Positions 32,901 to 43,820 of a stretch of 64,000 bases of DNA are shown here, piece by piece. This DNA comes from Candidatus Poribacteria bacterium (GTDB lineage: Bacteria > Poribacteria > WGA-4E > WGA-3G), in the NCBI GenBank assembly GCA_963663765.2, contig CAXXUA010000005.1, positions 1,408,001 through 1,472,000 on the forward strand. The letters run 5' to 3'. The notes under the pieces were generated by a model. The model worked only from the letters and a program-made list of their open reading frames with translations, did no database searches and was not told where the DNA came from. The translations under genes were made by a program, and so were the position numbers. Numbering within the stretch: the stretch's first letter is position 1; each line of letters starts with the position of its first letter.

Positions 32901-33239
32901 ATTCCTAAATCCTTAAGGTATAATAACTGGTTGTTTTGTGTGTTGGACTAACCATTCACTGTACGAGGTTTGTGCATTCACTTCACTGGGAATAACAAAT
33001 TCAACCTATTTCATAATAATACCAAATCTCCTGATAGAATGCAATGAGTTTGACAACACAAAAAATGCAATTAAATGTGGAAATTTTAATCGCAATAGGG
33101 TAACATATTAACATATTGATTCACCTGAAAGGGAGTTTAATCTATCAAAATTTGCTAATCAAAAACGTGGATTTTCAATTGCATTTACAAGAATCAACAC
33201 AACAATTGGAAGAAAACTGTGGTGGTAAACATATCTAAT

Positions 33240-33361
33240 CAGGACTTACGCACCCAACGGTAGGCGTGCTTTGTAAGCGCGCCGGAACCCAAAAAATTGC
33301 TGAAAATTACATCGTTTTCGTCTTAATTCTTGATTGGATCATGAAAACTGCGTAAGTCCTG
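33240..33361. mobile_element. MITE, CAGGACTTACGCA family, carrying one REP hairpin
   Basis: 13-bp TIR; 5-bp TSD CTAAT. Confidence 0.85.
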
Positions 33362-33399
33362 CTAATATATCTTACTTTTTACAAGTATAAGGAGTTATC

Positions 33400-33729
33400 A
33401 TGGCTGAAAGTACTTTTGAAATTACAGATGATACATTTGAGGGAATGGTGATCGCATCCGATACCCCAGTAGTTGTTGACTTTTGGGCAGAATGGTGCGG
33501 ACCATGCAAAATGATCGCACCCACACTGGAGGAACTTGCCTCCGAAAACGCAGACACTTTCAAAGTCGGAAAGGTCAATGTTGACGACAACCGTCAAACA
33601 GCAATGAAATATAGCGTACGCAGTATTCCAACACTGCTTGTTTTCAAAGATGGAGAAGTCGCAGACCAAATTGTCGGCGCAATGCCGAAAGACGCACTTA
33701 AGAAAAAAATCTTGGACGCACTCAAATAG
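33400..33729 (+). CDS. trxA: Thioredoxin
   Basis: WCGPC active site. Confidence 0.97.
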   Translation: MAESTFEITDDTFEGMVIASDTPVVVDFWAEWCGPCKMIAPTLEELASENADTFKVGKVNVDDNRQTAMKYSVRSIPTLLVFKDGEVADQIVGAMPKDALKKKILDALK

Positions 33730-33858
33730 TAATTGTTCAAGGCAATTTCGTAAACCTTCCGCTATTTAGAAGCAGCACAGCCGAAGCACAATCGCTTCGG
33801 CAGGCTTCTGCGGGATTTCCTCATCACAATTTCCTTCCCTACTCAATAACACTGCCTT

Positions 33859-35145
33859 ATGTTTTGGCGACTTGTATACAACACACTTGCCCTTCCCGCA
33901 ATGTACATCGGCTACCATATCGCAGCGTTTTGTAATAGCAAAATCCGTGAAGGTATTCACGGACGAAAACAGGTATTTGAGAAACTAACACAACAACTTA
34001 AGGATGCCCGTAAAATTGAGAAAACCGCATGGTTTCACTTTACCTCGGTGGGAGAATTTGAACAGGCAAAACCGCTTATTGAAGCGACTTATCAAGATAC
34101 ACGTATCGTTCTAACCTTCTTCTCACCGTCGGTCGCACCTAATGTAGAAACATATCCTTTTGCCGACGCAGTCGTTTATCTTCCCTTTGATACACCTCGC
34201 AATGCTGAACGTCTGATACAACTCATCAAACCAACATGCCTAATCTTCTCCAGATACGACATCTGGCCCAATCTTGTTTGGAAAGCATCCAAATATAATA
34301 TCCCGACGATTGTTATTGCTGGCACGCTGCATGCTGGTTCCAAACGACTTTCCAAACTCGGAATGTCATTTTGTAAACGCGTACATCGGTATATCACACT
34401 GCATTGTGCCATTTCAGAGGAAGATGCCACCAGATTCCAAAAACTCTGCACTTCAAAACATCAGGTCGTTGTCACTGGAGATACCCGCTACGAGCAGGTC
34501 TACCGACGTGCAATGTCGGTAGAAACTGACAAAGAGTTATTTCAGGGACAACGGACTATCAAGCGAACCATATTCATCGCTGGAAGCACTTATGCAGATG
34601 ATGAGAAGGTTGTCTTCGCAACGTATCAGATACTTCGTGAAAACATGCCTAAACCTCTACCACACTTGATTTTAGTACCACATGAACCGACACCAGAACG
34701 GGTTGAGGAAATTATCGCCGAATTAAATCAGCACAAATTTACCTATACTCGCTTCTCAAAACTTACCAGTGATACGGATTTGAAAGATGTGGATGTCCTT
34801 ATTGTTGATGTCGTAGGGATGTTAGCGAAACTCTATTATTTAGCAGATGTTGCATTTGTTGGTGGGAGTTTTCATGGTAGCGTTCACAATGTAATGGAAC
34901 CCGCTGCAATGGCAAAACCTGTCATTTTCGGTCCAACTATCAAGAATTCTCACGAAGCTTCTATATTGTTAAAGAAAGGTGCTGCCAAACTCGTACATAC
35001 ACCAGAACAGATGGCAACAACTATCACAACATGGTTGACAAACGAGGAAGAGGGAATCGCTACCGGCAATATCGGTAAGCATCTAATTGAGGAGAACCTC
35101 GGTGCAGTTGAACGCACATTATCACATCTGCGGAAATATATGTAA
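33859..35145 (+). CDS. waaA: 3-deoxy-D-manno-octulosonic acid transferase
   Basis: WFHFTSVGE, YLPFD, AGST, FVGGS..HNVMEPA. Confidence 0.92.
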   Translation: MFWRLVYNTLALPAMYIGYHIAAFCNSKIREGIHGRKQVFEKLTQQLKDARKIEKTAWFHFTSVGEFEQAKPLIEATYQDTRIVLTFFSPSVAPNVETYPFADAVVYLPFDTPRNAERLIQLIKPTCLIFSRYDIWPNLVWKASKYNIPTIVIAGTLHAGSKRLSKLGMSFCKRVHRYITLHCAISEEDATRFQKLCTSKHQVVVTGDTRYEQVYRRAMSVETDKELFQGQRTIKRTIFIAGSTYADDEKVVFATYQILRENMPKPLPHLILVPHEPTPERVEEIIAELNQHKFTYTRFSKLTSDTDLKDVDVLIVDVVGMLAKLYYLADVAFVGGSFHGSVHNVMEPAAMAKPVIFGPTIKNSHEASILLKKGAAKLVHTPEQMATTITTWLTNEEEGIATGNIGKHLIEENLGAVERTLSHLRKYM

Positions 35146-35147
35146 GG

Positions 35148-35267
35148 CAGGGCTATTCAGTTTTCCTAATTTTTGGATTTTTCCAAAAAGAACCCCGCGG
35201 TAGGAGCGACCTCCCGGTCGCGATTTTCTCAGAAAACGACTAAAATGCCTAAAACTGAATAACCCTC
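35148..35267. mobile_element. 120-bp MITE (CAGGGCTATTCAG family)
   Basis: 9-bp TSD TATGTAAGG; near-identical to 4498-4617. Confidence 0.85.
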
Positions 35268-35320
35268 TATGTAAGGACTTTCCGCTTGTCCTTACATATT
35301 GGACATGCTAAACTGAGTAC

Positions 35321-36226
35321 ATGAAAGTCTTTATACAGATTGGACACGGCATCATCGGTGCTGTTGTAATTGCCTTTCTCAGCATTTGGCAAGCAGGAAG
35401 TTACGGTGAAGCAAGACATACAATCAGCATCATCGGTGCAATAGCAATCCTCATCGCAAGCCTCTATTTACTGCGCAGCCGATGGATACGTTGGGGGAGT
35501 CGGCAGGTATGGCTAAAATACCACCAACGTCTTGCCTCTCTTGGTCTGTGTCTTGTACTGTTGCACTCTGCATTTCAACCCCTTACTTGGCATTCATGGT
35601 TAACGTTCTTACTTGCATTGTCAAATTTAGGCACAGGAATTGCCGTGAGTCTAACCGCACGCAATGTGCGTAAGTTACTGCTGAGGTGCCACCTTGTACT
35701 TGCCCCGATCCTATTGATTAGCATTGTCTTTCATGGACAGGCAAAACTTGATCATGATGACTTCTTTCCCTTGACAGATGTTCACGATGTGCCTTGTGCA
35801 AAATGCCATACTTCTGAACCCCTACTTTTCCATGTAGAGACAATACATCAACAGGAATTGGACACATCCGATACTATTCCTGAAGTCATCCATTGGTGGT
35901 TCATGCAACACGACACAGAAATATCTAAAACTGCAAGAGTCATCGTCAAAGAAATTGGCAATACATGGAGTATCATTGATAAAGAGAACAACCATAAATA
36001 TCATGCCAAAAAACGGGAAGACCAAATCGCACTTTATGCTGATACGTCATACAGCAGCTACACCTGCATCACATGCCACGAACATAACACACCAGAACTG
36101 ATATCAGCACATGAACTCCACGGAGTTAGCGATTTCCACAGGTGCCTTGTTTGCCACCAAACTGAAATTAACGGAATACGATATGGAAGGCAAAAGGTTA
36201 ATTGGGAATATGACCCCAATTGGTAA
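35321..36226 (+). CDS. Membrane-anchored triheme cytochrome c
   Basis: About 5 TM helices with His residues; CAKCH, CITCH, CLVCH. Confidence 0.8.
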   Translation: MKVFIQIGHGIIGAVVIAFLSIWQAGSYGEARHTISIIGAIAILIASLYLLRSRWIRWGSRQVWLKYHQRLASLGLCLVLLHSAFQPLTWHSWLTFLLALSNLGTGIAVSLTARNVRKLLLRCHLVLAPILLISIVFHGQAKLDHDDFFPLTDVHDVPCAKCHTSEPLLFHVETIHQQELDTSDTIPEVIHWWFMQHDTEISKTARVIVKEIGNTWSIIDKENNHKYHAKKREDQIALYADTSYSSYTCITCHEHNTPELISAHELHGVSDFHRCLVCHQTEINGIRYGRQKVNWEYDPNW

Positions 36227-36238
36227 ATGTATAAAAAC

Positions 36239-36431
36239 TATGGTAAATTATGGAATTAATTACACACTTGCACAGGTAGGAGCGACCTCCCGGTCGCGAC
36301 CGTATGGAGACCATGTATCAAAACAGTCGTGACCAGGAGGTCGCTCCTACCAAAGAAAAGATTAGGATACTTATATGACAGCTAATATGGTAAATTGTAG
36401 AAATGTAAACTTATTTTCAAATTTCACCATA
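36239..36431. mobile_element. MITE with REP doublet (TATGGTAAATT ends)
   Basis: Inverted ends; GTAGGAGCGACC doublet; partial reverse copies at about 5645-5690 and 14806-14849. Confidence 0.6.
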
Positions 36432-36514
36432 AATGCAAACGTTCATACGCAAAAAAGGCCTGAATCCAACCATTGCTCGGACTCAAGCCAAAAACCAATT
36501 ATAAACTGTCCATA

Positions 36515-37300
36515 TCAGCGTGACTTAATATCACCCCAAGTTGTAGCGAGTTTGTCTGTCGGTTCAACAGACAAAAAATCACCATTCATTACCTTATTGA
36601 TTTCTTCTTCTGACAAAGCACGAGAAAATATATAGTACTCATCCATCATGCCTATAAACCAGCGATCCCCTTTGTGTGAACCTATACCAGCAGAGACACC
36701 CCAGTTATCCGCAAGTGGATTGCCACTTCCCGCCATTGAGTGAGTTTCTTCACCATCAATATAAGTTTTTACTTCATTTGCTTCACTATCATAAGTTCCT
36801 GTAAAATGTACCCACTCATTCGTGTCAATGACTGGTCCTGGTTGGATTTTGAAAACATCTGCTCCCGCAATATTACGATGGAACCATCTGAAACCAGCAG
36901 GACGTATTTCGGCATGAAAAAGACCACTTGCCTGACCAGTACCTAACGCGTCAATTAGTTGTTGCACCCCACTTACACCAGTATGGTTTACCCAAACAGC
37001 AAGGGTAATCCCATCAATCGGTACGTTTTTAAACTCTGGTCCGTTCATATCAATGTAAGTGCTGCCATTTAATTCAATCGCTTTTCCTATCTGTCCATTA
37101 ACATATTTGGTAGTCCCTACAACCATACCATCGTTTCCTTGAATTGATCCATCTTTGACAGTATCCCCATCATTGTCAAAACTATAGTAGACTGATAGTG
37201 TAGGGTCATTTAGATCCGCTTGAACAGAGAGAAATGGCAACACCATAAACACCAAAACAGTAAAAATAACCTGAATCCTTCTAATATTACTACAACGCAC
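36515..37300 (-). CDS. Secreted LamG domain protein
   Basis: GTG start after AAGGAG; WVHFTGTYD..YIDG; tail SVEPTDKLATTWGDIK. Confidence 0.88.
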   Translation of the reverse strand: MRCSNIRRIQVIFTVLVFMVLPFLSVQADLNDPTLSVYYSFDNDGDTVKDGSIQGNDGMVVGTTKYVNGQIGKAIELNGSTYIDMNGPEFKNVPIDGITLAVWVNHTGVSGVQQLIDALGTGQASGLFHAEIRPAGFRWFHRNIAGADVFKIQPGPVIDTNEWVHFTGTYDSEANEVKTYIDGEETHSMAGSGNPLADNWGVSAGIGSHKGDRWFIGMMDEYYIFSRALSEEEINKVMNGDFLSVEPTDKLATTWGDIKSR

Positions 37301-37391
37301 TTTTCTACTCCTTTTTATATTAATAATAATTGAAAATGGCTTGAATCCAGAAGACACCGAATCCAAGCCTGTATTTATGCATGTTTGTTAT

Positions 37392-38174
37392 CTAACGATG
37401 CGATTTAATGTTACCCCAAGTGGTCGTCAGCTTGTCTTCTGGTTCTACAGATGTTAGAACACCGTCCATAATATCTGTAATTTCACTTGCTGACACAGCA
37501 CGATTGAATATGAAGTACTCATCTAACATCCCAATAAACCAGCGGTCGTTCTTATGGTGACCAATACCTGCTGAAATATCCCAGTTATTAGAGCAAGTTC
37601 CGGTACCAGTCTCTGAATGAGTCTCCTCACCATTCATATATGCTTTCACTTCACCACTTGTACTATCATAAGTTCCCGCGAAATGCACCCATTCATTGGC
37701 AGGAAGAATGGGGCCGGGGTTGATTTGAAAAACCTGATTGCCTGTTTCATTTCTATGGAAGAACCTAACCCCACCGGGACGAATTTCTACGTGGAAAAGT
37801 CCACTCCCATGGTCTGTAGTGAGTGCGTCAATCATTGTCTGCGGAGTCGTAGAACCAGTATGGTTAACCCAAAACGCAAGTGTGAAACCTTCAACTGGAC
37901 CATTCGTAAACTCAGGTCCATTCATATCTATCGACGAACTCCCATCAAAAACAGCAGCTTTACCATAGACACCTTCATCCCTAACAACATTTCCTACAAT
38001 CATACCGTCGTTGCCATTGGTAGAACCATCAACAATGGTATCATCGTCACCTTCAAAACCGTAGTAAACAGAAATCGTTGGATCACTCAGATCCGCTTGA
38101 GCAGAAATCCCCCCTGCTACTATAATGACTATAGCAGCAATGGCGATATAAGACTTTGTAAAACCTAAACGCAT
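37392..38174 (-). CDS. Secreted LamG domain protein (tandem paralog)
   Basis: ATG after AAGGAG; WVHFAGTYD..YMNG; tail SVEPEDKLTTTWGNIK. Confidence 0.88.
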   Translation of the reverse strand: MRLGFTKSYIAIAAIVIIVAGGISAQADLSDPTISVYYGFEGDDDTIVDGSTNGNDGMIVGNVVRDEGVYGKAAVFDGSSSIDMNGPEFTNGPVEGFTLAFWVNHTGSTTPQTMIDALTTDHGSGLFHVEIRPGGVRFFHRNETGNQVFQINPGPILPANEWVHFAGTYDSTSGEVKAYMNGEETHSETGTGTCSNNWDISAGIGHHKNDRWFIGMLDEYFIFNRAVSASEITDIMDGVLTSVEPEDKLTTTWGNIKSHR

Positions 38175-38449
38175 TCTTACTTCTCCTTTGTAAAAGACTA
38201 CAGAGACACCCATAGTCCTAATTATATTTTAGGTAAACTACACATTAAGCATCTCACATTAAGAAAAACTTTTTAAATCTATAGTATCAGATTTAGTATT
38301 TTGTTTGTATAATATCAATTACATTGTTTTGTGTCAATAAAATATTTTAGAAATAACGCAAAATTGAACTGTTTTTCCTTGACAAACAATATTGTTTATG
38401 TTAATATAATATTTACTTAATAATTGTTTTATGAATATTGATCTAAAAA

Positions 38450-38590
38450 TAGGACTTACGCACCCAACGGTAGGCGCGCTTTGATGAAGATTAATTTATT
38501 AATTCGGAAAATAAAACATTTCTCCAAAGGTAGGCGCGCTTTGTAAGCGCGCTTGTACTCAGAATAACCATCAATATTGCGTAAGTCCTG
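38450..38590. mobile_element. MITE, CAGGACTTACGCA family
   Basis: TAGGACTTACGCA...TGCGTAAGTCCTG with REP hairpins. Confidence 0.7.
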
Positions 38591-38624
38591 TATAAAATCA
38601 CAAAAATAAAAAGAAGGAGAATTA

Positions 38625-39527
38625 ATGCAACCACAATTACCTGATGCACGCAACGAAAATATTCTCATCCACGTCGGTGGAGAATTGCTGCCCCGCGAAG
38701 ATGCAAAAATATCGGTCTTTGATAGCCTTGCACAAGGTGGAGACGGCGTATGGGAAGGATTACGCATCTATAACGGAAAAATCTTCGCACTGGATGCACA
38801 CTTAGACCGATTGATAGACTCCGCACACGCAATGGCATTTGAAGGAATACCCACACGCGATGAAATCAAAACCGCTATTTTTGAGACACTCCAAGCGAAC
38901 GGTATGCGCAATGAAGTACATATACGACTCACACTCAGCCGAGGCAAAAAAGTTACCTCCAGTATGAATCCAGAGGCTAACCAATACGGCACATGTCTTA
39001 TTGTCTTGGCAGAATGGAAAGCACCCATATATGCAAGCACCGGTGTCCGGTTGATTACCTCTGCAATTCGTCGGAACCCAGCACAGTGTGTCGATTCAAA
39101 AATACATCATAACAACTTGATTAACAACATCCTCGCAAAAATTGAAGCAAATGTCGCAGGCGTTGACGATGCAATCATGCTTGACATTTTCGGTTTCGTC
39201 TCTGAAACAAATGCTACAAACATATTTATTGTCAAACGCGGACAAGTACTCACACCCCATGCAGATAGTTGCCTACCCGGTATTACACGCGGAAACGTCA
39301 TCCACCTTGCAAATAAAGCACAAATTCCATTAGTAGAGCGAAATGTATCACTGACTGAAGTCTACACTGCCGATGAAATGTTCACGACTGGCACAGTCGG
39401 TGAGTTAAGTCCAGTGTTAGAGGTAGATGGCAGGCAGATTGGCACAAAAGAACCAGGTCCGATGACAGCACGTTTGCAAGAACTATATGCAGAAATGACT
39501 GCAAGTGAAGGTGTGCCGATACCATAA
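38625..39527 (+). CDS. Class IV PLP aminotransferase (branched-chain/IlvE-like)
   Basis: GDGVWEGLR, HLDRL, ETNATNIF, LPGITR, ADEMFTTGT. Confidence 0.88.
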   Translation: MQPQLPDARNENILIHVGGELLPREDAKISVFDSLAQGGDGVWEGLRIYNGKIFALDAHLDRLIDSAHAMAFEGIPTRDEIKTAIFETLQANGMRNEVHIRLTLSRGKKVTSSMNPEANQYGTCLIVLAEWKAPIYASTGVRLITSAIRRNPAQCVDSKIHHNNLINNILAKIEANVAGVDDAIMLDIFGFVSETNATNIFIVKRGQVLTPHADSCLPGITRGNVIHLANKAQIPLVERNVSLTEVYTADEMFTTGTVGELSPVLEVDGRQIGTKEPGPMTARLQELYAEMTASEGVPIP

Positions 39528-39530
39528 CCT

Positions 39531-40655
39531 CTATTTCTGCACTTTTTGGATAGCATCCAAGAGAACTGCATCGCCGTCTGTAATCACCAATTCTACTGCC
39601 AACACAACTATCGGTAATTCCGTGCTAAAAGATATTAACTTTTGCTCGTCTTTTTGTGTTGTAATCACCAACTCAGCATTACAACTTTGCATCCGTTTCT
39701 GAATTTCATGTACATCAGTTTCGGTATAGACATGGTGGTCAGGAAATGCAAATAGTTCTATTGAAGTTGGATCATATTGTTTGAGTGTCGTAACGAAACC
39801 GTCAGGATTACCAATACCACATACCGCAAGCAGTCGTTTCCTCATCAGGGTTGTCAAGGGTAATACCTCTCGTTTCTCGTTCTGATTTAGCCAATACAAT
39901 GATGTCGGTTGGTGCACACTCTGCAAAATAGGTGTATTCGGTGCTAAACGAGTCAATTCCGTCTTCAATTCTGTGATGTTTATGTTGTCTGCATCTGTCC
40001 GGGTGAGTAAAATGATGTCGGCACGTTGTAATGCAGATATTGGTTCTCGCAACATACCTATAGGAAGCAATGCACTTGTGCCATAAGGTTGTGTCGCATC
40101 AATTGTTACGATGTCAAGATCACGTGCAAGTTGACGATGTTGAAATCCATCGTCAAGAATTAATACTTCGCTATCAAAACGTTCCAGAGCAGCTTTTCCT
40201 GCTAAATAACGTTGTTTTCCTACGACTATCGGTATGTCCGAAAGTTGACGTGCAAGCATGTCCGCTTCATCGCCGCTTTCTTCACTACTACAAAGTTGGT
40301 TTTCACCATCAGAAACAATCGTTACCGCATCATTGCTGCACCGTTTATAACCAGAGAGGACCAACGCAACCCGATGACCTTTACTATATAGGAGTTTAGC
40401 AATGGCATCGGTTGCTGGTGTTTTTCCGGTTCCACCAACGACAATATTTCCTACGCTAATCACGATGCATGATAACTGCTTCTGTTTAAACAAACCAAGC
40501 GTATAGCAATAGTTACGTCCCAAGATGATCGCGCAATAAAGCCAACAAAAAGGGGTAAGCAGAATCCGAAAGAGTGATGGAAGAAACCCGCGCTGTCTTG
40601 TAGTTATGAAATCATAAATTGCACGTTTCATAAGGTGTGTTTTATGCCGATGCAA
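39531..40655 (-). CDS. lpxK: Tetraacyldisaccharide 4'-kinase
   Basis: SVGNIVVGGTGKTP, LDDGFQH, FPDHH, TTQKD. Confidence 0.95.
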   Translation of the reverse strand: MHRHKTHLMKRAIYDFITTRQRGFLPSLFRILLTPFCWLYCAIILGRNYCYTLGLFKQKQLSCIVISVGNIVVGGTGKTPATDAIAKLLYSKGHRVALVLSGYKRCSNDAVTIVSDGENQLCSSEESGDEADMLARQLSDIPIVVGKQRYLAGKAALERFDSEVLILDDGFQHRQLARDLDIVTIDATQPYGTSALLPIGMLREPISALQRADIILLTRTDADNINITELKTELTRLAPNTPILQSVHQPTSLYWLNQNEKREVLPLTTLMRKRLLAVCGIGNPDGFVTTLKQYDPTSIELFAFPDHHVYTETDVHEIQKRMQSCNAELVITTQKDEQKLISFSTELPIVVLAVELVITDGDAVLLDAIQKVQK

Positions 40656-41781
40656 CCTGCTCTAATACTAATTCTGCCGTTCTATTTGCTGCACCAGACT
40701 CACCCAACTTTTTGTGAACAGCATTGAGGGATTCTCGTTGTCTGTCAAGTTTTTCTGGATTGCAGAGAAGGTCCACCGTAGCATTGGTAAGCAAATCGGG
40801 GGTAAGTTCTGATTGAAGAAGCTCGGGAACAATGCGATTACCAGCAATGAGATTTGGTAAACCGCTGTCATCTAACGGGGTTAGGACATTGATAATACGC
40901 CAATTTATCCACGAAGTACTATAAAGTATGATCATCGGGGCACCGATGCAAGCCGCCTCAAGGGTAGCAGTTCCAGAAGTAATCAGCATCAACGTTGCAG
41001 CACGCATCGCTGCATAAGTTTCATCCTTTACGATCTTTATATTTGGAATACCTTCAACACCTTCCTGAAAGTCACCAATCAGTTCTTCAGAGATACCTGG
41101 TGCAAGTGGAAGAACCCAGTCTACATCAGGAAAGAGCAACGAAATATTGGCAGCTACCTTTAACATAACGGGGAAAATACGTTGCACTTCGGAACGTCTG
41201 CTTCCGGGCATCAAACCGATAACACGTGCGTCTTTGTGCAATCCTAATTTCTGACGTGCCTCTGTGGGAGTCAGTTCAATGTTTGCAAAATCAACCAACG
41301 GATGTCCAACAAATTCCGCTGTCGCACCAGCATTTCTATAAAACTCTGTTTCAAATGGGAAGATAGAAGCAATGACGTTTGCAGACTTACTAAGCTTTTT
41401 TGCTCTGCCACCGCGCCATGCCCACGCTTTCGGTGGAATATAATAGACGACAGGGACACCTTGTTTACTCGCATACTTCGCTAATGGCATGTTGAATTCA
41501 GCAAAATCTATAAGCAGAAGCACATCAGGAGGTCGTTGACGTAATCTCTTTCTTAGTATTGACTGTTTTTTTAGGAATTTGGGGAGAACTGCAATGGCAT
41601 CAACAAAACCCATCACAGCTGAATCACGGATGTGAATATCAAGAGACACACCCACTGCTTCCATCATGTCACCACCCATACCGAAAACAGATATTTCTGA
41701 ACAAAGCGATTTGAGTGCTTGGACGACATGGGAAGCATGCAGGTCACCAGAAGGTTCACCTGCAACAATCATTAATTCCAT
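40642..41781 (-). CDS. lpxB: Lipid-A-disaccharide synthase
   Basis: AGEPSGDLH, WAWR, FVGHPL, PGSRRSE, SGTATLE. Confidence 0.96.
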   Translation of the reverse strand: MELMIVAGEPSGDLHASHVVQALKSLCSEISVFGMGGDMMEAVGVSLDIHIRDSAVMGFVDAIAVLPKFLKKQSILRKRLRQRPPDVLLLIDFAEFNMPLAKYASKQGVPVVYYIPPKAWAWRGGRAKKLSKSANVIASIFPFETEFYRNAGATAEFVGHPLVDFANIELTPTEARQKLGLHKDARVIGLMPGSRRSEVQRIFPVMLKVAANISLLFPDVDWVLPLAPGISEELIGDFQEGVEGIPNIKIVKDETYAAMRAATLMLITSGTATLEAACIGAPMIILYSTSWINWRIINVLTPLDDSGLPNLIAGNRIVPELLQSELTPDLLTNATVDLLCNPEKLDRQRESLNAVHKKLGESGAANRTAELVLEQVASA

Positions 41782-41827
41782 TGAAATGGTGCTATAAAAA
41801 GCACGTGTTGCACACCTATAATTGTGA

Positions 41828-42871
41828 CTACGGCATTAAACCCGGTGATTGAAGTCCATCCGTTTCGTCATAGCCGAACATAAGATTAAGGTTTTGCAAC
41901 GCGGCACCCGCCGCACCTTTGCCAAGATTATCCAGTGCTGCCATCGCAACAACGCGGCCTGTTCGGTCATCAACTTCTATTCCGACATCACAATAGTTAC
42001 TACCGAGAACAGATTTTGTCTGCGGATAAACCTCTTTATCAAGAACACGGATGAAAGGTTCATCTTCATAATAGGAAGCGTATATTTCAAGCAGGGATTC
42101 TGTATCAAGCGGTTCAATCAAACTGCCATAGACCGTACTCAGAATACCACGTGTCATCGGAACTAAATGTGGTGTGAAAGTTACAGAAACAGATTCACCC
42201 GCAACAGCACTTAACTCCTGTTCAATCTCTGGTGTATGGCGGTGTTTTCCAATGTTATACGCAACAACATTTGACTCACGATTCGGGAAATGCGTCGAGT
42301 CTTTCGGTTTTGGTCCTGCTCCTGATATACCTGATTTAGAGTCAATGATAATAGTGTCTAATTGGATGAGTTTATTGTTCAACAAAGGCATCGTGGCAAG
42401 GATAGCGCTACTCGGATAGCAACCCGGATTCGCAACAACTTCTGCCTCCCGTATCTTTTCACGGTATCGTTCTGGCAAACCGTAAACAGCATTCGGGATA
42501 AGCTCAGGACTCGTATGCTCAACATGGTACCAGCTGCTATAGGTTTCTGCATCATTTAGACGATAATCTGCACTGAAATCAACGAGACGTAGACCTTGTG
42601 CAACGATCTGCGGTGCAAACGTCATCGCAACTTTATGTGGCACGGCTAAGACAACAACGTCAACACGTTCTTTGAGTGAGTCAATGTCCAACGCTTCAAA
42701 AGTCAGATCAATGAAACCCCGCAGATGTGGCAAGACACTGTCAACACGCTGTCCGGCATAAGTTTCGGATGTCGCAAGTGCCACGCGCAATCCACCGGAA
42801 TGGTTGACCAGAAATCTCACCAACTCACTACCGCCATAACCTGATGCACCAACAATACCTATTCTTGTCAT
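41828..42871 (-). CDS. argC: N-acetyl-gamma-glutamyl-phosphate reductase
   Basis: GASGYGG, ANPGCY, SGISGAG, DNLGKGAAG. Confidence 0.97.
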   Translation of the reverse strand: MTRIGIVGASGYGGSELVRFLVNHSGGLRVALATSETYAGQRVDSVLPHLRGFIDLTFEALDIDSLKERVDVVVLAVPHKVAMTFAPQIVAQGLRLVDFSADYRLNDAETYSSWYHVEHTSPELIPNAVYGLPERYREKIREAEVVANPGCYPSSAILATMPLLNNKLIQLDTIIIDSKSGISGAGPKPKDSTHFPNRESNVVAYNIGKHRHTPEIEQELSAVAGESVSVTFTPHLVPMTRGILSTVYGSLIEPLDTESLLEIYASYYEDEPFIRVLDKEVYPQTKSVLGSNYCDVGIEVDDRTGRVVAMAALDNLGKGAAGAALQNLNLMFGYDETDGLQSPGLMP

Positions 42872-42946
42872 CTTTCTTACCTGTTTGTTTATTCTTACAC
42901 AGATAGTTTAGCAAATAAATTCATTAAAGTCAATGTTTTATGAATG

Positions 42947-43690
42947 GAGTGTGTAAAGTTTTTGCACCATAGACGTCAATTTAAGAACAGGACTTACGCC
43001 CCCGATGGTAGGCGTGCTTTGTAAGCGCACCCCCCGATGGTAGGCGTGCTTTGTAAGCGCGCCCCATAAGCGTCAATTTAAGGATTTTCACCTCTTGTGG
43101 GAGGGGTTTTCAACCCCGAATTTATGCGCTTTTACACTCAAATCGAGGTTAAAACCCCTCCCACAAGAAAAATTACAACAATATTTTCTTAAATTGACGC
43201 CTATGGGTGTGTAAAGTTTTTGCACAGAGGTACAAACTTTTGTTCTCTTTAGTCCCGTAGGGACGCAATGTTTATAGATAGACGTTATCACATCACCTCT
43301 CTTTAGTTCCGTAGGAACGACATAGAAGGATAAACATATCGTCCCAACGGGACTAAAAAGACGTGGGGATATGTATTTCTATAAACATATCGTCCCTACG
43401 GGACTGAAGAATATGGTTAATATTAACAATATTTCTTTATATTGACACCTAATGAAGTTTGACAATCAAAATCGGTAGTTGTATTCGTAGGGGTTGGGTT
43501 CCCCAACCCGTTTGGTTTTTACGTTTGCGTAGATCATGTGTGGAAACCACGCCCCTACGAATACACAACTTGAACGTCAAAACTCATTAGGACTCTTTGT
43601 CCGCAATCTCTCATTTAATCAGTCGCGGCGGGGCAAAGAGACTGCCCTACAATGGAGAGTGGGATGTTTGTGCAAAAACTTTACACACCC
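42947..43690. mobile_element. Composite non-autonomous element with nested IS231-like MITE (42968-43205)
   Basis: G(A/G)GTGTGTAAAGTTTTTGCAC...TGCAAAAACTTTACACACCC; 9-bp TSD TTATGAATG. Confidence 0.8.
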
Positions 43691-43820
43691 TTATGAATGT
43701 ATGTATGAATGTATGAATGTGTAAATATTTCGACAATTGAATGTCTCTGAAACATACAATTGGACTACTTATGATGAATTGGTGTTACGGTCAATGCGGT
43801 TTCCTAATCCATATTGTCAC

